Below are positions 1 through 8,048 of a stretch of 32,000 nt of DNA, one piece after another. The notes under the pieces were generated by a model. The model did not search any database, was not told the DNA's origin, and saw only the letters and a list, made by a program, of their open reading frames with translations. Position 1 is the first letter of the stretch. Each line of letters starts with the position of its first letter. The position numbers were made by a program, and so were the translations under genes. The stretch covers positions 750,001-782,000 of the forward strand of contig NC_008818.1 of NCBI RefSeq assembly GCF_000015145.1, read 5' to 3'. The stretch comes from Hyperthermus butylicus DSM 5456 (GTDB lineage: Archaea > Thermoproteota > Thermoprotei_A > Sulfolobales > Pyrodictiaceae).

Positions 1-2
1 TA

Positions 3-1295
3 GGCGGGAACAAGACAGCAATGGTGGTAGCTAAGCCGGGTAAAACCGTAGACGGCTTAACAGCTACCACCACTGCTAGCAACTGTCCAGGCTACATGGA
101 AGTAGTGTACAATTGGGACCTCTACAACTCCAGGTACAGCCCGCCCAGCAGCTGGTACGAGAGGCTGAGAGGCATACCTCGGAGCCAGGCAGAATGCCTA
201 TGGAGGCTCTTCGCTGAGACATACTCGAAGAAGTACTACTTCAACGCAGACATCTACAGCTACGACGAGGCCAGAAGCTACACCGTAAACAAGCTCGGCG
301 GCGGCCTATACCCAATGCAGAACTTCATAGCCAGGCTCATAAACACCAACGGTGGCGCATGCACTGGAGGCTACATACCAACATGGTACCCCTCACCAGT
401 ACCAGACCCCAACCCAACACTAGACACGCCATGGCTGGGAGTAGTACTCTCATACACAACAACAGACCTAGAAACATTCAAACCGATACAAGTGTCTGGA
501 GCATTGGCAGCAGGCAAGCTACAGTTCGCATACAGCGGTATATCATTCTTCGGCATACCGGTATGGGAGAACCCGTACGGCGGACTCCAGATGTATGCAA
601 GCCCTGCCGGAACATCGGCTGAGGAACGAGCTTATGTGTTAGCTCCTACAATGTTTCTCTACCTGGGTGATGCAGCAGTCGTACTCTTCAACTCGGAGAC
701 AGTAACGTTTCCGGATGGATGCCGCTACTATGTGTTCTGGGCTGACGTGGCGTTCATCCCGCTCTACAAGATACAAAGCGTGGACTGGTCCAAGATGAAA
801 CCTGATCATCTAGACTTGACACAACTTCCTCCCAACTATATGGCGCTTAGCTGGAGCGCTCACGCAGAGCTAGTAAAATACGCCTATGCTGGAACCCGGA
901 AAGAGACATTGCTCTATGAAACTTCATCGGCTGATGTGGTGGAGGGTGGTGCTGGCCTAGCAGCAGCGATATACTCTGTGTACCAGCCCTGGCTAGAGTC
1001 CGTGCTCAGCGGCATCCTGGGTACTACAGGGAACATACTAGCGTCCTACATGGTTTCCGTGATTAAAGCCGCTATAGGCTTTACCCAGTTCACCATAGAG
1101 GGTGAGGGCATGGCACACGCTGTTGAAGTAAGAGTGCAGGATGTAACGCCATATGCGTATCCTATTAGGATCTATAAGATGAGATGCCCTGACGTGCTTG
1201 CCGAGGAGTATACGTCGATAGGCTATGAGCCGTATACTGTAGAGTATATTGTTGAGGCAGGCGAGTATACTGGCGCTCCCCCTGGCGCGACCTAG
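3..1295 (+). CDS. Hypothetical protein, possibly truncated at the 5' end by the window edge
   Basis: Long ORF. The track starts it at ATG 21, but the same frame is open back to base 3, so the start may lie upstream. No family recognised. Rich in Tyr/Pro/aromatics in the N-terminal half. Confidence 0.7.
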   Translation, partial: GGNKTAMVVAKPGKTVDGLTATTTASNCPGYMEVVYNWDLYNSRYSPPSSWYERLRGIPRSQAECLWRLFAETYSKKYYFNADIYSYDEARSYTVNKLGGGLYPMQNFIARLINTNGGACTGGYIPTWYPSPVPDPNPTLDTPWLGVVLSYTTTDLETFKPIQVSGALAAGKLQFAYSGISFFGIPVWENPYGGLQMYASPAGTSAEERAYVLAPTMFLYLGDAAVVLFNSETVTFPDGCRYYVFWADVAFIPLYKIQSVDWSKMKPDHLDLTQLPPNYMALSWSAHAELVKYAYAGTRKETLLYETSSADVVEGGAGLAAAIYSVYQPWLESVLSGILGTTGNILASYMVSVIKAAIGFTQFTIEGEGMAHAVEVRVQDVTPYAYPIRIYKMRCPDVLAEEYTSIGYEPYTVEYIVEAGEYTGAPPGAT

Positions 1296-1960
1296 AACGA
1301 CAATACTAGCACCCGGCTGCAGCACCCAACATTTTAATATTCTTCAATATTAGCAATAGTTATATACATTATAAACTTTGAACACTACGAACACTACGGT
1401 AGCAATACAGGGACTCGCCAAGCCCCGGCTTGACATAGAACTTTGTGGCTAGTGGTAGGCTCTTATATTGATGGTTTAAGCTAGAAATAGTGGTGTCCAG
1501 GGAAGAGTGTAGGTTTATGTGGCAATAGACGTGCTACCAGCGTGTCCAGGGTGGGGTTCGAAAGGCGAATGTTGAGGCCTTGGGTGGTGAAGAGGAGAAG
1601 CGGTTTTAGGGCCTTAGAGGTGGATGATGAAGAGTTTTAGTTTGCCGTTGCAGCCAAGCTGGTTATACTTGAGATCCTAGACGAACTGAAGGGGCTGAGG
1701 GAAGACTTACAAGCTCTACAAACCCCCCTACCTAGAGAGTCTGAGCACGGCAAGAGGTTTTGACGGGTCAAACGTCGCGGAGGTACATAGGATGGGCCAC
1801 ATTGTCTGCCCATTCTTGCTCGAGAAGAGCCAGACCGGGGAAGGTTGCTAGAGAGGTGTTGAGCTGGTAGTGGCAGTAGGATCCGCGCCGGGCTCAAGCG
1901 CTAGTCGCTGGTGGGTAAGCGCACGGCTTTACCAGCAACGGAAAAACCGAGGTTCACTTC

Positions 1961-2377
1961 TTATGGGCTACTTGTAAGCCAGACCCTTTTCACGTCAGGT
2001 ACTTTATCCAGCTCCTTATCCTCGCTTATCACTAGCCTTATACCATTCATCTTCATTGCTGCTACGTGGAGAGCATCGGAGGGTTTAAGGTTGAGCTTGG
2101 CTATTAGCCTAGCTGCCTCTCTGTACTCATCCTCGCCAAGCCCTATTACTGTAACGTAGGGCAGCACTATAGCCTCTATGAAGTCTAGCGTTACGCTATA
2201 GGGGATACCGTATTTCCTCTTGGAAACATAGATTAACTCGTCAAGTACAAGTACATCCGTGTAGAGCTTGTACCGGGATAGTATGTCCAGGTAGAAGCTC
2301 TCGTAGACGAGTCTACGCTCGTCCTCAGCTATAGTGTTGAGATATACTAGTAGTGGGGTGTCGAGAAAGGCTTTCAA
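1961..2377 (-). CDS. vapC: PIN-domain ribonuclease toxin, VapC-like
   Basis: 138 aa; N-terminal FLDTPLLVYL, internal acidic residues, and LKPSDALHVAAM, typical of PIN domains. Overlaps the upstream AbrB-type gene by 4 nt. Confidence 0.85.
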   Translation of the reverse strand: MKAFLDTPLLVYLNTIAEDERRLVYESFYLDILSRYKLYTDVLVLDELIYVSKRKYGIPYSVTLDFIEAIVLPYVTVIGLGEDEYREAARLIAKLNLKPSDALHVAAMKMNGIRLVISEDKELDKVPDVKRVWLTSSP

Positions 2378-2643
2378 CTTTCAAACTCCTCCTCGAGATA
2401 GTCGGCTGCCGCCTCGCCCGGCGCTGGCTCACGTCTTCCCTGAATGCTTCTCAGCCTTGCCGCATGCGCTCTAAGAAGCTCTTTGATCCTATCCACATCA
2501 ACCCGCTTCTTAGCGGGCTTTAGAAGTATACCATCCCTTATTTCAACTATCACCTCGTCACCCTCGTCGATGCCGACTGCCTCCCTCACAGCCTTCGGAA
2601 GTATAATGTAGCCCTTCCTGCCAACCCTGAGCTTGAGGGTCAA
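2374..2643 (-). CDS. vapB: SpoVT/AbrB-type swapped-hairpin antitoxin, VapB-like
   Basis: 89 aa; 'LRVGRKGYIILPKAVREAVGIDEGDEVIVEIRDGILLKP' is the classic AbrB/MazE-like N-terminus. Confidence 0.87.
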   Translation of the reverse strand: MTLKLRVGRKGYIILPKAVREAVGIDEGDEVIVEIRDGILLKPAKKRVDVDRIKELLRAHAARLRSIQGRREPAPGEAAADYLEEEFES

Positions 2644-2962
2644 ACCTGGCCCACCCAGGGGTGGAACTAGGCTGAGTAGCCACTAATTATTTGTGACACC
2701 TATAACCACACTCTAACCCGGCCATAAGCCATAGTGGATGAGTGTGTGCCTGGAGAAGCAGGACACACCAGCCTTCGGTGCCCCAACCACTTAATGGGGC
2801 TGTCTCTAGCCGCGATAGGCTTGTCCTGCGATGGTAGGTGCTCTCAGGAGTGTTTTCCAAGATCCTTGTGGTCAGAGAGGGTATGACGAGAGAATGGTTT
2901 GGGTTTTGGCTAGCGTTTAGTTGTAGGCTGTTCTCTCCAGCGGCCATTCTCTCGCTCAGACT

Positions 2963-3190
2963 CTAGGCTTTGACGAGCCCTAGGTATAGCTTTCCTGGCT
3001 CCGGGTGTGAGAGTGTTTCTGCTGAGCCCTCGATGCTGCCTGCCCCTGCACCAGTATGTAGCCCCTATCAGCTATCTCGAGGGCTTTCCTAGCGCTCTGA
3101 TCTACTAGCAGCACTGCTATGTCGGAGTCTGCTATGCTTCTTATCGGCTTGAAGATCTCCTCTGCAGCTCTAGGGAGAGTGCTACTGTAG
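2963..3190 (-). pseudogene. Relic of the C-terminus of a branched-chain amino-acid ABC transporter ATPase (LivF-like)
   Basis: Manual minus-strand translation gives 'LPRAAEEIFKPIRSIADSDIAVLLVDQSARKALEIADRGYILVQGQA', then after a frame change 'IEGSAETLSHPEPGKLYLGLVKA*'. This matches the LivF tail pattern (eiF..I..l...g.tillVeQna..aL.iaDrgyvl..G.i..eG...eL...p.v...YLG). Confidence 0.6.
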
Positions 3191-3224
3191 GGGCTTATCT
3201 AGCTTAACTCTGGTTGTTCCGGGC

Positions 3225-4559
3225 TCATGCTATCTTGGCTAGTTTTGCTATGAAGAAGCCTTGTGTCTTGTGTAGGTGTGGTAGCATGCGCTGAGCCTTT
3301 GGTAGGCCTTGTGGGCGCTCGCCGAGCACGGGCTCGGGCTCCACTATCTCCACGTCGGGGTGTGTTTCGAGGAGCCTCCGGAGAACCCATACCGTCTCGC
3401 TCCTCGTGAGGGTGCAGACGCTGTAGACTATCGTGGCTCCCCGGGGCAGCGACTTAGCTACTGATGCCAGTATTCGGAGCTGCAGGCGGCGGTAGTAGTG
3501 GAGGTCGCCTCTGGTGAGCCAGAGCTTGACCTCGGGCTCGTACTGCAGCCTACCAATATCAGTGCATGGAGGATCCACTATCACTACGTCCAGCTTTCTC
3601 CAGTACGGCATCCTTGCATCGCCAACGGCGAGATCCACGATGTGGCCTAGACCCAGCCTTGACAGCGTCCTCTTGGCCTCCTGGAGGCGCTGCGGCTTCA
3701 CATCCCCCGCAACCACGTAGCGGGCGCCGAGCCACGCCATGTGGCTAGCCTTTATCGCCGCGCCAGCAGTGGGGTCAGCTGCCACCCTACCCCTGGGCGA
3801 GGCGACCCAGCCCACCAGTGTGGAGGCCTTATCCTGTATCGTGTAGAGGCCCTCCTGGTACTCCCTGGTGCGTGTGGCCTCAGAGGCACCCTTGACTATC
3901 CTGGCTACGTCTGGGAGGTCTTTGTCGGGTTCTATGACGACGCCCTGCTCTTGCAGCCTCTCTGCAAGCCATTTACGGTCTACGCCGGGTCTAATCCTTA
4001 TCCAGCGCACTGGATCACTGTTCAGCACCTCGAGCAGCTTTGGCAGGTCTGGTATCCTGGCTTCCAGCAGCTCCTCCAGCATCCACCTGGGGAAGCTGTA
4101 GAGCACACTCAACCTGTCAAGCCCCGACAAGCCCTTCACAAACTCGCGGGGATCGGCCCCCCTCAGCTCCAGCAGCTTATCCGGGTCGAGCCCCGCCTTC
4201 TCCGCCAGCTTCCGGGCCCGGGTCGGCTTCAGCTTACCCGACAACGCCTCGTACACGAGGACCCTGGCTAGCATCCAGCGCTGAGAGTGGCTCGGGGGCC
4301 CATACCCTAGGCTCACCAGGACACGGTCCAGCAGCAGGTAGTGCCTTGCAACGCCAAGCGTCAACACCCTCACAATGGGCTTCATGTAGTCCAGCTCGGG
4401 GTTCCGGGAGAAGAACCCAACCGCAACGTCGCGGAGCGAAGCCCTCCTCCTAACGGTCTCAGCGAGAATCCTAGCGGCAACCTCCTCCGGCAGCACCATA
4501 CCCTCTAACCCAGCTCCGTCAAACACCACACTGCGGTCTTCTAGGCTTCTCCCACCCAC
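3225..4559 (-). CDS. RsmB/NSUN-family RNA (cytosine-5)-methyltransferase
   Basis: 444 aa; 'VVIVDPPCTDIGRLQYEPEVKLWLT' (motif IV) and 'ATIVYSVCTLTRSE' (motif VI), the paired-cysteine signature of m5C RNA methyltransferases. Confidence 0.88.
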   Translation of the reverse strand: MGGRSLEDRSVVFDGAGLEGMVLPEEVAARILAETVRRRASLRDVAVGFFSRNPELDYMKPIVRVLTLGVARHYLLLDRVLVSLGYGPPSHSQRWMLARVLVYEALSGKLKPTRARKLAEKAGLDPDKLLELRGADPREFVKGLSGLDRLSVLYSFPRWMLEELLEARIPDLPKLLEVLNSDPVRWIRIRPGVDRKWLAERLQEQGVVIEPDKDLPDVARIVKGASEATRTREYQEGLYTIQDKASTLVGWVASPRGRVAADPTAGAAIKASHMAWLGARYVVAGDVKPQRLQEAKRTLSRLGLGHIVDLAVGDARMPYWRKLDVVIVDPPCTDIGRLQYEPEVKLWLTRGDLHYYRRLQLRILASVAKSLPRGATIVYSVCTLTRSETVWVLRRLLETHPDVEIVEPEPVLGERPQGLPKAQRMLPHLHKTQGFFIAKLAKIA

Positions 4560-4744
4560 CGATCATGCCTATATAGCCCTCCGCCTAGCCATGCTGAGGC
4601 CCATGTAGTCCGGGAGACCCCTCCTAGACCATCAGAGCCCTTCACCAGCGAGGTGGAAGGCCTTATTCTGTCAGCCAGCCCAGCACCGTCGAGACAATAG
4701 CTATTCACTGGCGCGAGCCAGGTTAAAACCTAAAAATAATCTTC

Positions 4745-5122
4745 ATGGAGTCGTGTTCCGATGAGGTGTCCTCCACCATGAAGTTTATGGTGCTTGTTCG
4801 AGGCTTTGTTCTAGGTGTTGCTCTCCTCCTAGCTGTATGGGATTTCCTCAGCGTATACTTTGTCGTCATGTCTGGTGAGGGCTGGTGGAACGGAGAGAAG
4901 CTTAGCGGCTGGGAGGCCATACGCACGCTTGCGCCTCTCTTCGCAGCGCAAGCTGTGCTCGAAGCCACAGCATTCTACATACTACACCAGGGATATAGGC
5001 CGTGGATTGCCTCGTTCCCCCAGCTGCTGCAGCATTGTTGCACGTCTATGCTGGGCTCCACATTTGCGCCGACTGCCCAATGTCGCCAGGAGAGGCCGGC
5101 TCGGCCTTGCCAGCGGGGCTAG
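4745..5122 (+). CDS. Small hypothetical membrane protein (reading frame uncertain at the 3' end)
   Basis: ORF with hydrophobic segments (MVLVRGFVLGVALLLAVWDFLSVYFVV; LAPLFAAQAVLEATAFYIL). Start more likely at the internal Met 12 (MKFMVL...). Confidence 0.45.
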   Translation: MESCSDEVSSTMKFMVLVRGFVLGVALLLAVWDFLSVYFVVMSGEGWWNGEKLSGWEAIRTLAPLFAAQAVLEATAFYILHQGYRPWIASFPQLLQHCCTSMLGSTFAPTAQCRQERPARPCQRG

Positions 5123-5317
5123 CAGCTATGTTTGCCCCGTTCCTGCCAGGATCTCGTAGGGGAGAGCTCTCCAGTTGAGCCCCACCGATACAATGTGTTC
5201 TATAGGGGCTGGGTTGTTATAGATGCCGTGCCGGGTTGCTGATGCTCCGGAAGCACGTTATGCGGGTACACCGGCTTGGACAAGAATTAGGACTTATAGA
5301 AAGCCTCTTGAGGTTCG

Positions 5318-6283
5318 GTGGGCTGGGCCACCTTGAGCGCCGATGACAGGGGCTACAACGATGTCACCGTTGTTGTGCCAACGCTGAACGAGGAGAAGGC
5401 TATTGGGGCCGTTATAGACGAGCTGCTCTCTGTTGGTATTCCGCGGGAGCGCATCCTGGTCGTGGACGGGTACAGCACTGATCGTACGAGGGAGATTGCC
5501 GGGTCGAAAGGTGTACGCGTGGTGCTGCAAGAGGGGAGAGGGAAGGCTGCAGCAGTAAAGACCGCGTTGAGGTACATTGATACCCCTTACACCGTGCTCG
5601 TCGACGGCGACTACACGTACCCCGCCAACTACATCCCGGAGATGCTGGAAAAGGCTCGGAAGGGCTGCGACTGGGTTGGCGGTGCGAGAGTGAAAGCAGA
5701 GCCCGGAGCGCAATCGCTCATATACAAGCTGGGTAACCGGGTGCTCACAAGGCTCTTCAACCTCCTCTTCGGCACCAAGCTTCGCGACGTGCTCACCGGC
5801 CTCTACCTTGTAAGGACGGATGTGCTGCACGAGGTGGACTTCGAGTTCCACGGCTTCAGCGTTGAGAGCGAGATAGCAGCACACATGGCTAGCCAGGGCT
5901 ACCGTGTATGCGAGGTGCCGATACTCTACCGGCGGAGGCTCGACCCCAGGAAGAAGCTTGGAATTCTCCACGGCCCACAGATAGCCCGGGACATGATCCG
6001 GCTCGCGTGGAGGTACAACCCAGCCTTCCTCATATTCATCCTTGGCGCCCTGCTGCTGGCACCAGGCATAGCCCTGGGGGGCTACGTGGCCTACAAGTAC
6101 CTCGTCTACGGCGTGAAGCACCATGTTAAAGCATTGATAGCTACTACTACTATGACCTTGGCAGGATTTAACTCTCCTCCTGGCAGTGCTAAGCCTCTAC
6201 CCGAAGAGGATGGAGATAAGGATTATGAGGAAACTCCGGGAAAAGACGGGCTAGAGCATCCCGAGGTACAGCTTCGATACTAG
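5318..6283 (+). CDS. Family 2 glycosyltransferase, dolichyl-phosphate sugar synthase-like, with C-terminal hydrophobic segment
   Basis: 'VTVVVPTLNEEKAIGAVIDEL', 'ILVVDGYSTDRTREIA', 'VLVDGDYTYPANYIPEML', 'YRRRLDPRKKL', then 'FLIFILGALLLAPGIALGGYVAY'. Confidence 0.85.
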   Translation: MGWATLSADDRGYNDVTVVVPTLNEEKAIGAVIDELLSVGIPRERILVVDGYSTDRTREIAGSKGVRVVLQEGRGKAAAVKTALRYIDTPYTVLVDGDYTYPANYIPEMLEKARKGCDWVGGARVKAEPGAQSLIYKLGNRVLTRLFNLLFGTKLRDVLTGLYLVRTDVLHEVDFEFHGFSVESEIAAHMASQGYRVCEVPILYRRRLDPRKKLGILHGPQIARDMIRLAWRYNPAFLIFILGALLLAPGIALGGYVAYKYLVYGVKHHVKALIATTTMTLAGFNSPPGSAKPLPEEDGDKDYEETPGKDGLEHPEVQLRY

Positions 6284-7111
6284 TGTGAGGATCTCCGCTG
6301 CGCAGTCGGTAACCTTGTAGTAGCCCTCACCGAGGCTTTCAAGGGCGCCACTCTGGGCTAGGAAATAGAGTATCCATTGCACCTCGACCAGCTGGGGATC
6401 GTCGAGCCTTATCTTCGGCTTGTGGTGAGCTAGGTATTCGAGCTTTGCCACTATAGCCAGTACACGGCCCTTATCCACGTTAAGCGGTATCAATGGAAGC
6501 ATTACTGCCTCCCTCATAGACTCATGCTTATAGTACGCTGCAATGGGGCCGGCGAGGGAGGCTGCAAGCAGCGCTATGCCCGCCTCGGGCTTGAAGCCAC
6601 CAGTAGCGTTTAGGTAGACCGTGTATCCTTCCCTGGCCAGCTCCTTCACGTCGCTGGTAATGGCTTCTACAATGTTTATGAGTCCCCGCCAGAAGTCTGT
6701 TCCGAGCCCAGAGACCATCCTCTCGGACACTTCTGCACCCCTGCATTTTCCTGTCAGGAAGCCCCTGAGTATTTCGGCTGCATACCTCCCCTCCAGCGTA
6801 TCACTAGCATAGAGGACGATTCTGCCCACACCGGCACAGCCACTGCCGAGAACCCACTCCATAGCGTTCAGCTCAGCACTCATCCCATACGGGTCGCTCT
6901 TAACAAGACACTCCACGTAGCTCCAACACCTGCTATCCCTCCTCAGCTCGGCACACTTGCCCCGATCGAGCCTACGGGGATCAGCGCATGAAGCTAGCAG
7001 CTCCAAGCACCGGTCGCCAGGCCAGCTACAACCGTCATGAGCACCTCTCTGAGCCCTCTGGAGAGCATTACGCAGCACACTAGTACCAACAATCACGAGG
7101 TGTGCCTGCAA
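6251..7111 (-). CDS. CARF-domain protein, APE2256/Crn1-like (putative cyclic-oligoadenylate ring nuclease or sensor), possible C-terminal winged helix
   Basis: N-terminal 'HLVIVGTSVLRNA' and 'GYTVYLNATGGFKPEAGIALLAASLAG' are diagnostic of this CARF subfamily. Track start is TTG; an in-frame GTG (MIVGTSVLRN) is about 15 nt downstream. Confidence 0.82.
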   Translation of the reverse strand: MQAHLVIVGTSVLRNALQRAQRGAHDGCSWPGDRCLELLASCADPRRLDRGKCAELRRDSRCWSYVECLVKSDPYGMSAELNAMEWVLGSGCAGVGRIVLYASDTLEGRYAAEILRGFLTGKCRGAEVSERMVSGLGTDFWRGLINIVEAITSDVKELAREGYTVYLNATGGFKPEAGIALLAASLAGPIAAYYKHESMREAVMLPLIPLNVDKGRVLAIVAKLEYLAHHKPKIRLDDPQLVEVQWILYFLAQSGALESLGEGYYKVTDCAAEILTLVSKLYLGML

Positions 7112-7186
7112 GACGCCTAGGCACCCCGCTGCACGTGAGAACCCGGAAGGCCGGGAGGTGCTGGGCTCCGGGTGGGAGGAGATGCA

Positions 7187-7573
7187 CTAGAGCAGCTTTA
7201 GCTTTCCTGTTACCCGGTCAACAATAGGTGAAGGCGCTGGCCCCACAGCCACAGCCGTCCTAGTACCGGGTGGCAGCTCTGTCCGCCCCGCGTCAGCTAT
7301 GAGGCTTGTTGGGAGCCCAAGGCGGAGCGCCTCCTGGTAAACCCGGAGCAGCTCAGCCTCGCTATCAACCTTCACCACGACCTTCTTCTGGCCCTGCCTC
7401 CTCCACTCCTCCAGCCACCTCCTCCACTCCGGATGGCCCGAGTCAAGAATCTCTAGTACAGCTTCAACAGCTGCATGAGCAGCCTGGGCAGCCAGCTTCC
7501 CACGGCTCATCTTTAGATCAGCCCTAACAACAATAACTTGCTTATACTCCGTGCCATCCACCATTATTAGCAC
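7187..7573 (-). CDS. pth2: Peptidyl-tRNA hydrolase 2
   Basis: '[30 protein letters not shown]', '[14 protein letters not shown]', '[26 protein letters not shown]' are Pth2 signatures. Confidence 0.96.
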   Translation of the reverse strand: MLIMVDGTEYKQVIVVRADLKMSRGKLAAQAAHAAVEAVLEILDSGHPEWRRWLEEWRRQGQKKVVVKVDSEAELLRVYQEALRLGLPTSLIADAGRTELPPGTRTAVAVGPAPSPIVDRVTGKLKLL

Positions 7574-7626
7574 CCCAGGCTGCCACAGCTGCTATCCCGC
7601 AGATCCCTAGCCTCTCACAATCTTAT

Positions 7627-7860
7627 CATGCTTTTGAGGTCTTCTGGTATAATTCACCGCCAATACAGAGATAGGCTAACCCGGCCATTACATGTTCTTC
7701 GTCAAGTATATGGGATAGCTTTGCAGAGAGCCTCCCCGCCCCCTCCTCAAGCTCTTAATCCATCCTCTTTCTAGCTTCGTTCTCCAAAGCTCTCTTAACA
7801 ACATCGCTAAGGCCTAATACCACGTTTGCCAAGCAGCCTCTTCAACTTCCTGTTATCTTA
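7627..7860 (-). pseudogene. Degenerate VapB/RHH-type antitoxin gene
   Basis: Manual minus-strand translation: 'KLKRLLGKRGIRP', frame change, 'LSDVVKRALENEARKRMD*ELEEGAGRLSAKLSHILDEEHVMAG...'. Matches the common archaeal 'SEVVKRALEEEVRKR...EEL...' antitoxin pattern but has an in-frame TAA and a frameshift. Confidence 0.5.
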
Positions 7861-8048
7861 GCGGAAACCATAACATAGCCCAAGCACAACAGCATAGCCG
7901 AGTAGAGTGATTGACGCCGCGGAGTGGACTGCCATAATCTGCTGCTCAGACTGTAGGGCCCACATATGCAGCCGCTATAGCGTGCGCATGGCTTTGTGTA
8001 GCGTGTAGGGGGTAACTTTCTTCCGCTGCAAGCTGAAAGCATATTGGC

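Noticed and set aside
1546-1572. tRNA T-loop-like GGTTCGAAA
   Set aside because: Flanking bases do not form a T stem, and no acceptor, D or anticodon stems are recognisable.
1624-1690. Possible C/D box sRNA (ATGATGA ... CTGA)
   Set aside because: No internal D'/C' boxes; the same bases fit a degenerate coding frame better.
2687-2947. 86-aa minus-strand ORF
   Set aside because: No family resemblance; region is better explained as decayed DNA next to the livF relic.
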